A stretch of DNA of 64,000 nucleotides from Minisyncoccota bacterium (GTDB lineage Bacteria > Patescibacteriota > Minisyncoccia > Phycocordibacterales > UBA5272). The notes under the pieces are model-generated. The model worked only from the letters and a program-made list of their open reading frames with translations, was not told the DNA's origin and ran no database searches. This document shows positions 28,147 through 38,404 of the stretch, piece after piece. Positions within the stretch are counted from its first letter, which is position 1, and each line of letters opens with the position of its first letter. A program made the translations under genes and the position numbers. The DNA lies in assembly GCA_041651055.1 (NCBI GenBank), contig JBAZJW010000001.1, positions 306,661 to 370,660 of the forward strand, read 5' to 3'.

Positions 28147-29258
28147 TACCAGGATAAGGTGCCACCAGTCTTATACTCAGTAACTCGTGTTTCGAAAAAG
28201 TTCTTCTCCTTATTCAAATCCACCGCTTCACTCATCCATGGGAACGGATTTGAACTACCATACACCTGATCAATTCCTACACGTGCGAGACGTCTGTCCG
28301 CGATGTGTTCGATGTACTGTTTGAAACCATCTGCATTCAAACCAAATATTCCTGTAGGGAATACGTCCACAGCGAACTTGTATTCGAGCTCTACGGCCTT
28401 CTTCACGAGATTCGTAATACGCGTCACGAATTCCGGAGTCCAGAGTTCTGGTTGCTCTTCCTTAATCGTATTAATCATATCGATACCGAAGTTCATATGA
28501 TTACTTTCATCACGCATGATGTACTGAATTTGTTCAGCGCTTCCAACCAACTTCCCTTGTCTCTGGAATCCGAAAATAACGGCGAATGATGAGTAGAAGA
28601 AAATACCTTCGAGAATAAGCGAGAACACACACATATTCTCCAAAAACTTCTGATCACTCTCAAATGTCCCCGTCTTGAAATTGTCGTCAAATATTCCCGT
28701 GTTGAAAGAAAGAATAAATTCTTCTTTGTTGTAAATAGCATCCACCTCACGATACATGTTGTAGATTTCTGTACCGTCTAACCCAAGCGACTCCACCATG
28801 TACTGATACGCATGCGTGTGCACCGCTTCTTCATACGCCTGACGAAGAAGATAGAGGCGTGCTTCTGGCGAAGTGATGTGCTTATAGAATGCGAGCACGA
28901 GATTGTTCGCCGCAATAGAGTCCGCTGTCGTAAAGAATCCGAGCACGGTCTTGAACGCATGACGCTCATCATCTGAGAGAACGGTCTGAGATCTCCACTG
29001 TTCTATGTCAGATTGCATACTGATTTCGGTTGGAAGCCAGTGATTCGCATTTCCAACATTGTACGCATCCCATGCGAACTTGTGCTTGATCGGCCACAAC
29101 TGCACCACATCTGCTCCTCCGCCGTTGATTATTTTTCTTTCATTAACATCTACACGACTAGCACCACGCTGAATGATTGGCTGGTGATTTGGATCTCCAA
29201 ATGGAGGATTTGGGACTTGAGGGTTGGCTGAATTATTTGAAGGTGTTACAGGAGGCAT
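28146..29258 (-). CDS. nrdB: Class Ia ribonucleotide reductase beta subunit
   Basis: WLPTEI, FFTTADS, EEAVHTHAY, LEGIFFYSSF, RDESNH, KNFFETRVTEY. Confidence 0.96.
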   Translation of the reverse strand: MPPVTPSNNSANPQVPNPPFGDPNHQPIIQRGASRVDVNERKIINGGGADVVQLWPIKHKFAWDAYNVGNANHWLPTEISMQSDIEQWRSQTVLSDDERHAFKTVLGFFTTADSIAANNLVLAFYKHITSPEARLYLLRQAYEEAVHTHAYQYMVESLGLDGTEIYNMYREVDAIYNKEEFILSFNTGIFDDNFKTGTFESDQKFLENMCVFSLILEGIFFYSSFAVIFGFQRQGKLVGSAEQIQYIMRDESNHMNFGIDMINTIKEEQPELWTPEFVTRITNLVKKAVELEYKFAVDVFPTGIFGLNADGFKQYIEHIADRRLARVGIDQVYGSSNPFPWMSEAVDLNKEKNFFETRVTEYKTGGTLSW

Positions 29259-29371
29259 GGTGGGTAGTTATTAGTTAATAGTTTCTAGTTTTTAGTTAAT
29301 GCATTTAATTTCTAATTGATAACGAATCTACCTGTATTTCTGTTGACTGTCAGCTGTAGACTGTCGACTAT

Positions 29372-32335
29372 TTATTGGCATCCATCACACGTTGCTTCTG
29401 GCATGACAGTGATGTTGTACTTGGTGTTTGTCTTTGGCATCATCGCCATTTCTGATTGCACAGCAGGTGTCACGATAGAAGCAATCGGTGACATCACAGA
29501 GACTTGTGGTTCTGCGATTACTGCTACCACTTCTGGTGTAGTAATCATTGCTTCTGATGGCATACCGACAGAAACCGAACTCACGACAGGTTGACCAGCG
29601 ATTACGACACCGGCTTGGCTTTGTTCACCAGCACCACGTGTATGTGTCGATCCGAATTCAGATGCATTCACGGTACTCTTTTCTACTTGTGATGCTCCGA
29701 GAGAACGAAGGTAGTACGTCGTCTTAAGGCCGAGTGACCATGCGTACTCATAAATATTCGCAAGTTCACGACCAGATGTTCCAGCGAAGTAAATGTTGAG
29801 TGACTGTGACTGATCCACCCACTTACCCCTGTGTGCTGCTGACTTGATAAGCCATGATGGGTCGATTTGGAATACTTCTTTGTATTTACTCTTTAGATTC
29901 GCCGGAATACTTGGAATATCTTTCACCGAGCCGTCGTTATATTTAAGAAGACCAATCATTTCGAAGTCCCAAAGTTTGAGAGCTTTTAAGTCTGCGACGA
30001 GGTATGGGTTCACGACGATGAATTCACCGTTCATGTTTGACTTCACGTAAATATTTTTGTAAATCGGTTCGATACATGGAACAGACCCAACGATATTCGA
30101 AATCGTTGCAGTAGGTGCCATAGCCATCGTATTACTATTTCGCATACCATACTGTGCGACTGATGCACGTACTGGTGTCCAGTCGAGACGAGCTTCTTTC
30201 GATACTGCAATCTCCACACCGCGTTCCTTTTCAAGGAGGTCGATTGTGTCTACTGGGAAAATACCCCTGTCCCATTTACTTCCCTTAAAGCTTGAGTAGC
30301 TTCCTCTCTCACGAGCGAGCTCCGAAGAAGAAAGAATGGCGTGGTACGAGATGAGTTCCATTGATTCATCCGCGAACTGTACCGCTTCATCAGAATCAAA
30401 ATTAATATCCATCATATAGAGTGCGTCATGGAAGCCCATGAGACCGAGTCCAATCGGGCGATGACGGAAATTACTTCGTTCTGCTTCGACAGTTGGATAG
30501 AAGTTCACATCAATAACATTATCGAGCATACGAATAGCGGTACGTGTCGTTGTCGCCACGAGGTCCACATCGAACTTTCCATTTAACATTAGACGCTGAT
30601 AATTGAGTGACCCCAAGTTACACACAGCTGTTTCGTCTTCACTATTATTCAGTGTAATTTCGGTACAGAGGTTTGAATTGTGAACAATACCTGCATGATC
30701 CTGAGGTGAACGCACATTTGAAGGATCTTTCCACGTAATCCATGGGTGCCCTGTTTCGTAGAGCATGGTCACCATTTTTCGCCAGAGTTCACGAGCCTTT
30801 ATTGTCTTAAAGATTTTTATCTTTCCTTCCTCAGCAAGCTTTTCATATTCTGCATAATGCTTCTCGAATGTTGAACCAAACGTTTCTGAAAGAAGAGGCG
30901 CTTCGCTTGGTGAAAAGAGTGTCCAATCTTCATCTGCCTGCGCACGCTTCATAAAGAGATCCGAAATCCAGAGTGCGGTATCCATATCATGGGTACGACG
31001 ACGATCGTCTCCTGTGTTCTTGCGAAGTTCGAGGAATTCTTCTACATCGTAGTGCCAGTTTTCGAGGTACGCACATGTCGCTCCACGACGACGACCAGAT
31101 CTATTGATGGCGACGGTAACGTCGTTCGCGATTTTAAGAAACGGAATGATACCGTTTGATTTGATACCAGACTTTTTCACGAGTGCACCTGACGCACGCA
31201 CTGATGTCCAGTTCGTACCGATACCTCCTGCCCACTTCGAGAGCTGTGCGTTGTCTGAGTACACCTTGAAAATACTTTCAAGAGAGTCCCCGACGGTGTT
31301 CAAGTAGCAACTCGAAAGCTGAGGATGCTTGGTGCCAGCATGAAAGAGCGTCGGTGATGAAGGTACGAAACGAAGTGTCGACATTGATTCATAAAATTCA
31401 ATAGCACGTGTCGTACGATCGAGATCCTTTTCTGCAAGCGCGACACCCATGGCGACACGCATCCAGAATCCTTGGATATTCTCGATGATTTTTCCATCAC
31501 CTTCCACATCACGCACAAGGTATCTCTCATAGAGTGTCTGAGCACCGAGATACATAAAGAGATCGTCATGTGATCTGACGAGCGCAGATGCGAGACGATT
31601 GAGGTCAAAGTTTGCCATACGTGCATCGAGAAGTCCTGTAGCTACTCCTTTCTTGATACCAGCAATGAAAGTCTCTTTATACTGTTCGTCTATCTTGGTG
31701 TAATCAAGTGTCTCACCGAGAAGGTCTTCGTTAATCTGCGCGAGAATCATACGAGCGGCGACGTATGAGTACGCAGGATCTTGTTCGATCATAGAACGCA
31801 CTGTCATGATAAGTGCCTTCGAGATTTCCTTGGTGGTCATTCCTTCATAAATCTCAAGCTTGATCTGGTTGACGATTTGCTCGACATTGATTTCCTTTTC
31901 GTACCCCTTCACAACATAGAGCACTGACGCTCGAATCTTTTCAATATCAAACTTCTGCTTTGTGCCGTTAGCTTTCGTGACATACAAACCTCCTTCCTCT
32001 ACCTTTTCGAGAACTTCCATCTTTTCTTCTTCACGAAGTTTCTGATGTTCAAAACGATAAATGATGTAATGTTTAGCGACATCAAAAAAACCAGCACTCA
32101 TCAAGTGCTTTTCGACTAAATCCTGCGTATGTTCTACTGTCGGCACGTACCCTTCACGAGTAATAGCCTCGAGCTCGAGTTCCTTCCCCACCAATTCAGT
32201 AATGTGTTTTGCAACCGCGGCTTTTTCGTCGCGAGTAACACTTATGAATGCCTTCTTGATAGCACGTTCAATTTTCTCTGATTCAAAAGGCACAATTTCA
32301 CCATTTCTTTTCTTGATAATTTGCAGAATAGCCAT
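29372..32335 (-). CDS. nrdA: Class Ia ribonucleotide reductase alpha subunit with two ATP cones
   Basis: KKRNG and VTKANG cones, SSPTLF, LSSCY, SNLCTEI, APTATIS, KTTYYLR, C-terminal CDGC. Confidence 0.96.
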   Translation of the reverse strand: MAILQIIKKRNGEIVPFESEKIERAIKKAFISVTRDEKAAVAKHITELVGKELELEAITREGYVPTVEHTQDLVEKHLMSAGFFDVAKHYIIYRFEHQKLREEEKMEVLEKVEEGGLYVTKANGTKQKFDIEKIRASVLYVVKGYEKEINVEQIVNQIKLEIYEGMTTKEISKALIMTVRSMIEQDPAYSYVAARMILAQINEDLLGETLDYTKIDEQYKETFIAGIKKGVATGLLDARMANFDLNRLASALVRSHDDLFMYLGAQTLYERYLVRDVEGDGKIIENIQGFWMRVAMGVALAEKDLDRTTRAIEFYESMSTLRFVPSSPTLFHAGTKHPQLSSCYLNTVGDSLESIFKVYSDNAQLSKWAGGIGTNWTSVRASGALVKKSGIKSNGIIPFLKIANDVTVAINRSGRRRGATCAYLENWHYDVEEFLELRKNTGDDRRRTHDMDTALWISDLFMKRAQADEDWTLFSPSEAPLLSETFGSTFEKHYAEYEKLAEEGKIKIFKTIKARELWRKMVTMLYETGHPWITWKDPSNVRSPQDHAGIVHNSNLCTEITLNNSEDETAVCNLGSLNYQRLMLNGKFDVDLVATTTRTAIRMLDNVIDVNFYPTVEAERSNFRHRPIGLGLMGFHDALYMMDINFDSDEAVQFADESMELISYHAILSSSELARERGSYSSFKGSKWDRGIFPVDTIDLLEKERGVEIAVSKEARLDWTPVRASVAQYGMRNSNTMAMAPTATISNIVGSVPCIEPIYKNIYVKSNMNGEFIVVNPYLVADLKALKLWDFEMIGLLKYNDGSVKDIPSIPANLKSKYKEVFQIDPSWLIKSAAHRGKWVDQSQSLNIYFAGTSGRELANIYEYAWSLGLKTTYYLRSLGASQVEKSTVNASEFGSTHTRGAGEQSQAGVVIAGQPVVSSVSVGMPSEAMITTPEVVAVIAEPQVSVMSPIASIVTPAVQSEMAMMPKTNTKYNITVMPEATCDGCQ

Positions 32336-32461
32336 ACAGCGCCGTGAAAAATTACATCTTTATTAATATATAGAGTGTACACATTCAAAGGCTAAAAGCC
32401 ATCTTTTTTGTCTTTCATTTCCATGTCAAGAGTAACTCTTGACACTCTGTTCTACATATTT

Positions 32462-33676
32462 CTACACAACCTTATTTCGCAAGGCCTTGTGGTAACCGAT
32501 AGCGAAGCGGTGAGATTCGGCATTAGCAAGAAGTATTTCCTTTTTATGGTTATCCACATGTATAGCGCTACCCAAAATGTCTTTTGGTTTATGGCGTTCA
32601 TCTTTTACTACCGATACACATGGAATAGGAAGGCCGAGATGAGCGAGTACTTTTTCGGCAGTTTGCTTGTGTGCCATTCCCCCGTCGATAACAATAAGGT
32701 CTGGGTATCGCCATTCTTTATGAGCAAACCGTCGTAGAAGTATCTGGCGTAAGCCTTCGTAGTCATCGTTTACTTTTTCTTCCAGCTTAAACTTTCTGTA
32801 GGAATCTTTTGCTTTCTCTTTTCCTTCGAGCACGACCATGACTCCGACGCGTGATGTACCAGAAATATGTGCCACATCATAGGCTTCGATACGAAAGGTT
32901 GTATCCTTAAAAGACATAATCTCTTCTTCTTGTATCAGGCTTATGTCTTTTATGTGATCGAGTGCAAAGAGCGTGTTACGCGCCTGTGCTGCCTTTTCAA
33001 ATAACTGTTTCTTGGCATAGGCTTCCATATCTTTCGTAAGGACTCGTTTAATATCTGTCTTTTTACCTTCGAAGAATTTTCGAATATTATCAATATGTCC
33101 TTTATATTCAACCTCGCTAATAGCACCTATACATACCCCCGGGCAAAGCTTTATCTGAGCGTTAAAGCAGGGCTTCGTTTGACCAAGTTCACATCTATCT
33201 CGATACGGAAACATCTTTCGAATAATCTTCATGGCCGCGCGTAATTGTGTAAGCGAAGCAAATGGTCCATATACCGCGAGGGTCTCTTTCTTGGTGAATT
33301 TCTTTTCATAATCCCTGATGCGCATACTGAGTACCCGTGGATACGGCTCTCTCGTAATGACGACACAGGTAAAACTTTTGTCATCCTTTTCCTTGGCGTT
33401 GTACATCGGGACATGCTCTTTAATGAGCTTACTTTCAAGCAGGAGCGCTTCGAGAACACTCCCTGTTTCTTGGTGAGTCACCGTGTCTGCAAGCGTCACC
33501 ATGGTCACTAGACGGAGCCCACGAGCCTTCATGAGGTCTGGGTTGAAGTAGCTGCGCACCCTATCCTTGAGCGACGTCGCTTTTCCTATATATAAGATGC
33601 TTCCTTCCTTGTCACGAAAAAAATACACCCCCGGATTATCCGGAAGTTTGAGTGTGGACAAGTCTTGCCTTTTCAT
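32462..33676 (-). CDS. uvrC: Excinuclease ABC subunit C, short form
   Basis: LPDNPGVY, YIGKA.SLKDRVRSYF, RIEAYDVAHISG, PDLIVIDGG, ESHRFA. True start MKRQDLS at 33676; the track's upstream extension is the antisense of another gene. Confidence 0.92.
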   Translation of the reverse strand: MKRQDLSTLKLPDNPGVYFFRDKEGSILYIGKATSLKDRVRSYFNPDLMKARGLRLVTMVTLADTVTHQETGSVLEALLLESKLIKEHVPMYNAKEKDDKSFTCVVITREPYPRVLSMRIRDYEKKFTKKETLAVYGPFASLTQLRAAMKIIRKMFPYRDRCELGQTKPCFNAQIKLCPGVCIGAISEVEYKGHIDNIRKFFEGKKTDIKRVLTKDMEAYAKKQLFEKAAQARNTLFALDHIKDISLIQEEEIMSFKDTTFRIEAYDVAHISGTSRVGVMVVLEGKEKAKDSYRKFKLEEKVNDDYEGLRQILLRRFAHKEWRYPDLIVIDGGMAHKQTAEKVLAHLGLPIPCVSVVKDERHKPKDILGSAIHVDNHKKEILLANAESHRFAIGYHKALRNKVV

Positions 33677-33814
33677 TGATTGTATTGTATAATAAAAGCT
33701 CGCCTTTGTACACTGGCGTGCCCGCCTAAAGGGTAAGCATATCATTGTGTGATGAGCGAAGGGTGGTCCCTGTAAGAAGGGGCTGGAAGAAAAATAAGTT
33801 AGGAGAATTTTTTT

Positions 33815-34054
33815 ATGGGCCAAAAAGAGCTCGATGATGCCGAAGCAATCGTTCCCCACGGTTGCAGAGGATGCGAGAAAGCGGAGGCGTGCGGAAAGAC
33901 TGCGCGCCAGATGATTGGGGAAGAGCGTGCTGCAAACCGGGAGAAATATCTCCGGTGTCACAGCATACTTGAGGAACGTCGGATTGCCGAACGCCCAGCG
34001 CTTTCCGTTTGGAAAGCGCGAAAAATGTACGGCGACGCTGCCGTTCAGTTCTAG
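33815..34054 (+). CDS. Small Cys-containing hypothetical protein (79 aa)
   Basis: TTGCCT-17-TATAAT promoter (33665-33693), SD AGGAG, terminator at 34083-34110, CRGC...C...C. Confidence 0.6.
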   Translation: MGQKELDDAEAIVPHGCRGCEKAEACGKTARQMIGEERAANREKYLRCHSILEERRIAERPALSVWKARKMYGDAAVQF

Positions 34055-34082
34055 GATTCGAGCACAAGCTCGGCCTAGGAAC

Positions 34083-34110
34083 AAAGCCACCCCTCGGTGG
34101 CTTTTTATTT
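34083..34110 (+). terminator. Intrinsic terminator
   Basis: aaagccacc-cctc-ggtggcttt-ttatttt. Confidence 0.75.
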
Positions 34111-34150
34111 TGCATACTAAAGAATTCTTAATCACTAAAATTTACAAAAC

Positions 34151-34179
34151 AGTTTACATAGGGTGGCCCTATGTAAACT
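34151..34179. repeat. Palindrome TTACATAGGG-TGG-CCCTATGTAA, copy 1
   Basis: 24 nt identical to 38381-38404. Confidence 0.85.
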
Positions 34180-34304
34180 ATTAATATTTCACCTTGCTAA
34201 TATGCTACCCGCACTCATCTAGGCAAGACCTAGACAAATCAAAGTTTCAAAAGAGTATTCCCTTTATGGACTTTTGACTTTATAGACTTTACAAACTGAT
34301 ACAC

Positions 34305-36917
34305 CTATTTTTGACGCTTGAGGACTTTCTTTAAATACTGACCGGTATAACTATTCGGATTCGATGCCACTTGCTCTGGCGTCCCTGTCGCGATTACCTT
34401 TCCTCCCCCGACACCTCCTTCGGGACCGATGTCGATCACATGATCGGCACATTTAATAATATCCAAGTTGTGTTCGATGAGAAGTACCGTATTTCCTTTA
34501 TCAACCAATTTATTCAAAATCTCAATCAACTTCACAATGTCTTCGTAGTGAAGTCCGATAGATGGTTCATCTAGGAGATAAATAGTTTTCTCTACATGAG
34601 GACGATAGAGCTCACTCGAAATCTTCACACGCTGAGCCTCCCCTCCTGAAAGTGTCGTAGCCGACTGACCGAGCTCAAGGTAGCCGAGGCCTACATCGTC
34701 GAGTGTCTTTACTCTGTCGTATACCGCAGGAATATCATAAAAGAATGTGAGTGCTTCTTCGACAGTCATACAGAGCACATCATAAATACTCTTCCCTTTC
34801 CATTTCACTTCGAGTGTTTCTTTCATGAATCTTTTTCCAAGACAGACATCGCACTCCACATACACGGTCGGTAAGAAGTGCATTTCGACAGCTATTTCAC
34901 CATTACCCTGACACACTTCACAACGTCCACCTTTCACGTTAAAAGAAAAGCGAGATGGCTTCCATCCACGAATACGAGCCTCTTCTGATTCTGCGAAGAG
35001 GTCACGAATGTGTGTCCATGCACCAGTATATGTCGCAGGGTTCGATCTCGGCGTGCGACCAATAGCTGATTGGTCGATGAGCACGACACGAGAAACATAC
35101 TCAGTTCCAGAAAACGAAGCCACATTGTAAATCTGCGCACTGCGATGACGACGTTCCAATCGTGCAAGTAAGTTCTTGTACAAAATCTCGTACATGAATG
35201 AACTCTTACCAGACCCAGACACGCCCGTGATGACACCGAGCTTGCCAAGTGGCACATTCACGTTCATATCTTTGATATTAAAAATATTCCCACCGGTCAC
35301 ACGAAGTGCTCCCTTATCTGTTTGGCGACGAACTGGAATAGGGATTTGTTTTTCCCCACGCAAGTATGCAAGTGTCACACTGCCAGACTTATTGTTCGGT
35401 GCAGTGAGTAGTTCGTCCAGATATCCAGAAACTACCACCTCGCCACCATGCACCCCCGCCTTCGGACCAATGTCCACAATAAAATCAGATGCGAAGATAG
35501 TATCTTCATCATGTTCGACGATGATAATAGTGTTTCCGATATCACGAAGATGGAGCAGTGTTTGGATGAGACGTTCGTTATCTCGCTGATGAAGTCCAAT
35601 AGTTGGCTCATCGAGCACATAGAGAGCGCCGACAAGTTTGGACCCAAGCTGGCTCGCCAGACGAATACGTTGTGCTTCCCCTCCTGAAAGCGTGTCTGCT
35701 TTTCTATTGAGTGAAAGATAATCAAGGCCGACATTCAACATGAATTGTAGTCGTGACTGTATTTCTTTAATAACAACAGAAGCAATTTCTTGTTCTTTCT
35801 TGGTGAGAGGAATACGTGCGAAGTAGCTTTCTGCATCTTTAATAGAAAGCGCCGTGATATCCACGATATTTATTTTTTCAACATCATCTAGGTACACGTG
35901 AAGCGCTTCAGGACGAAGACGCTTGCCGTGACAATCATCACATTCATCTAAGCCGCCAAAATACTTGGTGCCGAGACCATTACACGTCGGACATGCACCA
36001 TACGGTGAGTTGAACGAAAACAAACGAGGTTCAATTTCGGGAAATGAAAATCCACAAGAAGCGCACGAGAACTTATTACTCATAATGGTTTTCTCGCCGA
36101 GAATTTCCACTTCGAGAAGCCCGTTTGATTCTTGAAGCGCGCGTTCGATAGCTTCTGAGAGTCGAGTCATGGCATCTTTTTCTGATGCTTTGTTTCGCAA
36201 TTCATCAATAGCAATAGAATCCACTACGATTGAAATTTCGTGCTTCTTTGTTTTCGAAAGGACTATTTGTTCACGCAGTGACTTACGGTGTCCATCGATG
36301 ACAGCTTCGGTGTAGCCTTTACCGAGCATGTCGTAAAGCATTTGATAGTGTTCCCCTTTTCTTCCACGCACAAGTGGCGACATGATGTGAAGTTCCGCAT
36401 GAGAAAATTCAACACCCATCATCTCTGTTTTTATTTTTTTGTAATCAACAGCTTTTACCTTACCCAAAATGAAATGCATAATTTCTTCATTCGAAAGTTT
36501 TTGAATTCGTTCACCGCATTCTATACAGTATGGCTTGCCAACGCGCGCATAGAGTACACGTAAGTAGTCATAGATTTCGGTAATGGTCGCAACTGTTGAA
36601 CGAGGGTTACGACCGGCTGACTTTTGGTCGATAGAAATAGCAGGAGAAAGGCCAACGATTTCATCAACGTCCGGCTTTTGCATTTGATTCAAAAACTGAC
36701 GGGCGTATGCAGAAAGTGATTCTACGTAGCGACGCTGTCCTTCGGCGAATATCGTATCAAAAGCAAGTGATGACTTTCCACTTCCAGACAATCCCGTGAA
36801 TACGATCATCTTATGGCGTGGCATCTCAACGGTAATGTTTTTGAGATTGTGTGTACGCGCACCCCGAACAATAATGCTTTCTAAATGTGCATGATTTTCT
36901 TGTTTTTTTGAGGCCAT
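34305..36917 (-). CDS. uvrA: Excinuclease ABC subunit A
   Basis: [17 protein letters not shown], two LSGGEAQR signatures, zinc fingers. Confidence 0.97.
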   Translation of the reverse strand: MASKKQENHAHLESIIVRGARTHNLKNITVEMPRHKMIVFTGLSGSGKSSLAFDTIFAEGQRRYVESLSAYARQFLNQMQKPDVDEIVGLSPAISIDQKSAGRNPRSTVATITEIYDYLRVLYARVGKPYCIECGERIQKLSNEEIMHFILGKVKAVDYKKIKTEMMGVEFSHAELHIMSPLVRGRKGEHYQMLYDMLGKGYTEAVIDGHRKSLREQIVLSKTKKHEISIVVDSIAIDELRNKASEKDAMTRLSEAIERALQESNGLLEVEILGEKTIMSNKFSCASCGFSFPEIEPRLFSFNSPYGACPTCNGLGTKYFGGLDECDDCHGKRLRPEALHVYLDDVEKINIVDITALSIKDAESYFARIPLTKKEQEIASVVIKEIQSRLQFMLNVGLDYLSLNRKADTLSGGEAQRIRLASQLGSKLVGALYVLDEPTIGLHQRDNERLIQTLLHLRDIGNTIIIVEHDEDTIFASDFIVDIGPKAGVHGGEVVVSGYLDELLTAPNNKSGSVTLAYLRGEKQIPIPVRRQTDKGALRVTGGNIFNIKDMNVNVPLGKLGVITGVSGSGKSSFMYEILYKNLLARLERRHRSAQIYNVASFSGTEYVSRVVLIDQSAIGRTPRSNPATYTGAWTHIRDLFAESEEARIRGWKPSRFSFNVKGGRCEVCQGNGEIAVEMHFLPTVYVECDVCLGKRFMKETLEVKWKGKSIYDVLCMTVEEALTFFYDIPAVYDRVKTLDDVGLGYLELGQSATTLSGGEAQRVKISSELYRPHVEKTIYLLDEPSIGLHYEDIVKLIEILNKLVDKGNTVLLIEHNLDIIKCADHVIDIGPEGGVGGGKVIATGTPEQVASNPNSYTGQYLKKVLKRQK

Positions 36918-37073
36918 AGGGATAGATGTTAGATGCTAGATTTTAGACTTTAGGTTCTCCCAAAATACAAACACGTCGGTCAAGGTAATTTTCGGATTAT
37001 ACCATATTTGACAATATTTTTCAAAAGATGCAGAATAATTATGGACAAAAAACCAACTGAAAAGGAAATGACT

Positions 37074-37448
37074 ATGACAAATTATTCCCGCGACCCCCTC
37101 ATAGACGAATGGATGATATTCCTGGTCTATGACGTTCTCATGACCATTTGTGTCATTGGGCAGCACGTGGTGGCATACAACTATTTCGGAGTAATCATGA
37201 TGCCCATCATGATTCTCGGTTATTTGGTGGTTCTCTATAACGACGGTAACTACTTGAAGGAACTACGCAGGTCGAGTTTTAGGGACGGCTCTGCTTTTGT
37301 TCTTGCGGGCTGGGCACTGTGCGTGAGCTTTATGTGGGTGTGGGGATTATGCATCATCTGCTTTGTCCTCCCCTATCGTGCATGGAAGAAAGTTAAGAAA
37401 TGGGTACACGATTCGAAAGAAGACGTCGACCACATGCTCGGTCTTTGA
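37074..37448 (+). CDS. Small multi-TM hypothetical membrane protein
   Basis: TTGACA at 37008, SD AAGGA 7 nt before ATG 37074, hydrophobic segments, terminator 37471-37496. Confidence 0.6.
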   Translation: MTNYSRDPLIDEWMIFLVYDVLMTICVIGQHVVAYNYFGVIMMPIMILGYLVVLYNDGNYLKELRRSSFRDGSAFVLAGWALCVSFMWVWGLCIICFVLPYRAWKKVKKWVHDSKEDVDHMLGL

Positions 37449-37509
37449 AACTACCCCTTCGGAAACCTTCAAGGCCCTCACATGAGGGTCTTTTTTAATC
37501 TCTCTTAGG

Positions 37510-37670
37510 GTCAATTCCCCGCAGCTTGCTGCGGTATCCGTGTCATCCTCGCGAAGGCGGGCGAATCAGCAGATTCGGATCTTGGATCACGCCAGTGTCT
37601 AGGACCTGGATTCCGGATCAAGTCCGGAATGACACCTGATACCTCGTCAGCTTGCTGCGAGGTGTTTCAT
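37510..37670. mobile_element. Nested non-autonomous repeat: GCAGCTTGCTGC hairpin pair enclosing a GTCAT...ATGAC REP-like unit
   Basis: ccgcagcttgctgcgg (37519-34) and tacctcgtcagcttgctgcgaggtg (37640-64) flank gtgtcatcctcgcgaaggcggg...ctggattccggatcaagtccggaatgacac (37540-37635). Confidence 0.55.
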
Positions 37671-37676
37671 TGCAAG

Positions 37677-37718
37677 AAACACAAAGAGCGGCCACGAAGT
37701 GGCCGCTCTTTGTGTTTT
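37677..37718. terminator. Bidirectional hairpin terminator
   Basis: aaacacaaagagcggccac-gaa-gtggccgctctttgtgttt. Confidence 0.75.
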
Positions 37719-37757
37719 GTATCCCCTTTTGACTTTAAGGACTTTATAGACTACCCC

Positions 37758-38291
37758 TTACTTCATCGTCGCACTTTCCAAAATCTTGATCGCATCATCG
37801 TGTACTGTCTTCTTACTTTCCACGACAACAAGCCATTGATTATCAAGAACACGCGCAATATGCCATTCACTACCAGCTGATTCAGCAACCTGCCACTCAT
37901 ATGAGCCGATAGTTGTCGTACCTGTGGTATTTATCACAGAAATCTGTGGTGCAATAAATTTATTAATATACATAAGAGGTGTAAGACCACGACCACCCTC
38001 ATAGCTGAAGTAAATGTTTGCAATAATATTAGAACCATCAACAACTCTAATAAGCGCACCATCCATACTGATCGTTGTCGTAGCAACTTCTGGAATAGAG
38101 AAACTATATTCGATTTGATTGTCTCCTTCGAATGTACGCACAACTTTTCCTGTAACCGTTTTCATGTTCACAGTACTCACAACCTGATTCTTTGGGGCAC
38201 GAGCAGTGTGCTTTTTCATATAATAATAACTTCCGAACACAATAGCAGCCAAACTGACAACAACAAGCAAAAGGGATATATATGTTTTCAT
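37758..38291 (-). CDS. Membrane-anchored extracellular hypothetical protein
   Basis: MKTYISLLLVVVSLAAIVFG TM anchor followed by a beta-rich domain. Confidence 0.75.
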   Translation of the reverse strand: MKTYISLLLVVVSLAAIVFGSYYYMKKHTARAPKNQVVSTVNMKTVTGKVVRTFEGDNQIEYSFSIPEVATTTISMDGALIRVVDGSNIIANIYFSYEGGRGLTPLMYINKFIAPQISVINTTGTTTIGSYEWQVAESAGSEWHIARVLDNQWLVVVESKKTVHDDAIKILESATMK

Positions 38292-38380
38292 ATGCCCACT
38301 AGTATACGCTTCAAAAAATAGTCTGCAAAGACTAGACAAATAAAGAAAAACCTATACAAAACAGTATATTCTTCTCTTTT

Positions 38381-38404
38381 TTTACATAGGGTGGCCCTAT
38401 GTAA
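38381..38404. repeat. Palindrome TTACATAGGG-TGG-CCCTATGTAA, copy 2, overlapping the uvrB stop codon
   Basis: Identical to 34153-34176. Confidence 0.85.

Noticed and set aside
28146-29258. Class Ic (Chlamydia-type Mn/Fe) R2
   Set aside because: Radical Tyr (HTHAY) and first-ligand Asp (TADS) are retained, so class Ia.
32360-32380. NrdR box upstream of nrdA
   Set aside because: Only a partial single match; too AT-rich to call.
33700-33790. ZMP/ZTP riboswitch (ACTGGCG and GCCCGCCT words)
   Set aside because: Order, spacing and the pseudoknot partner do not fit, and the downstream gene is unrelated.
33677-34135. 153-aa N-terminal extension of UvrC in the ORF track
   Set aside because: It overlaps a plus-strand gene with its own promoter, SD and terminator; UvrC homology starts at 33676.
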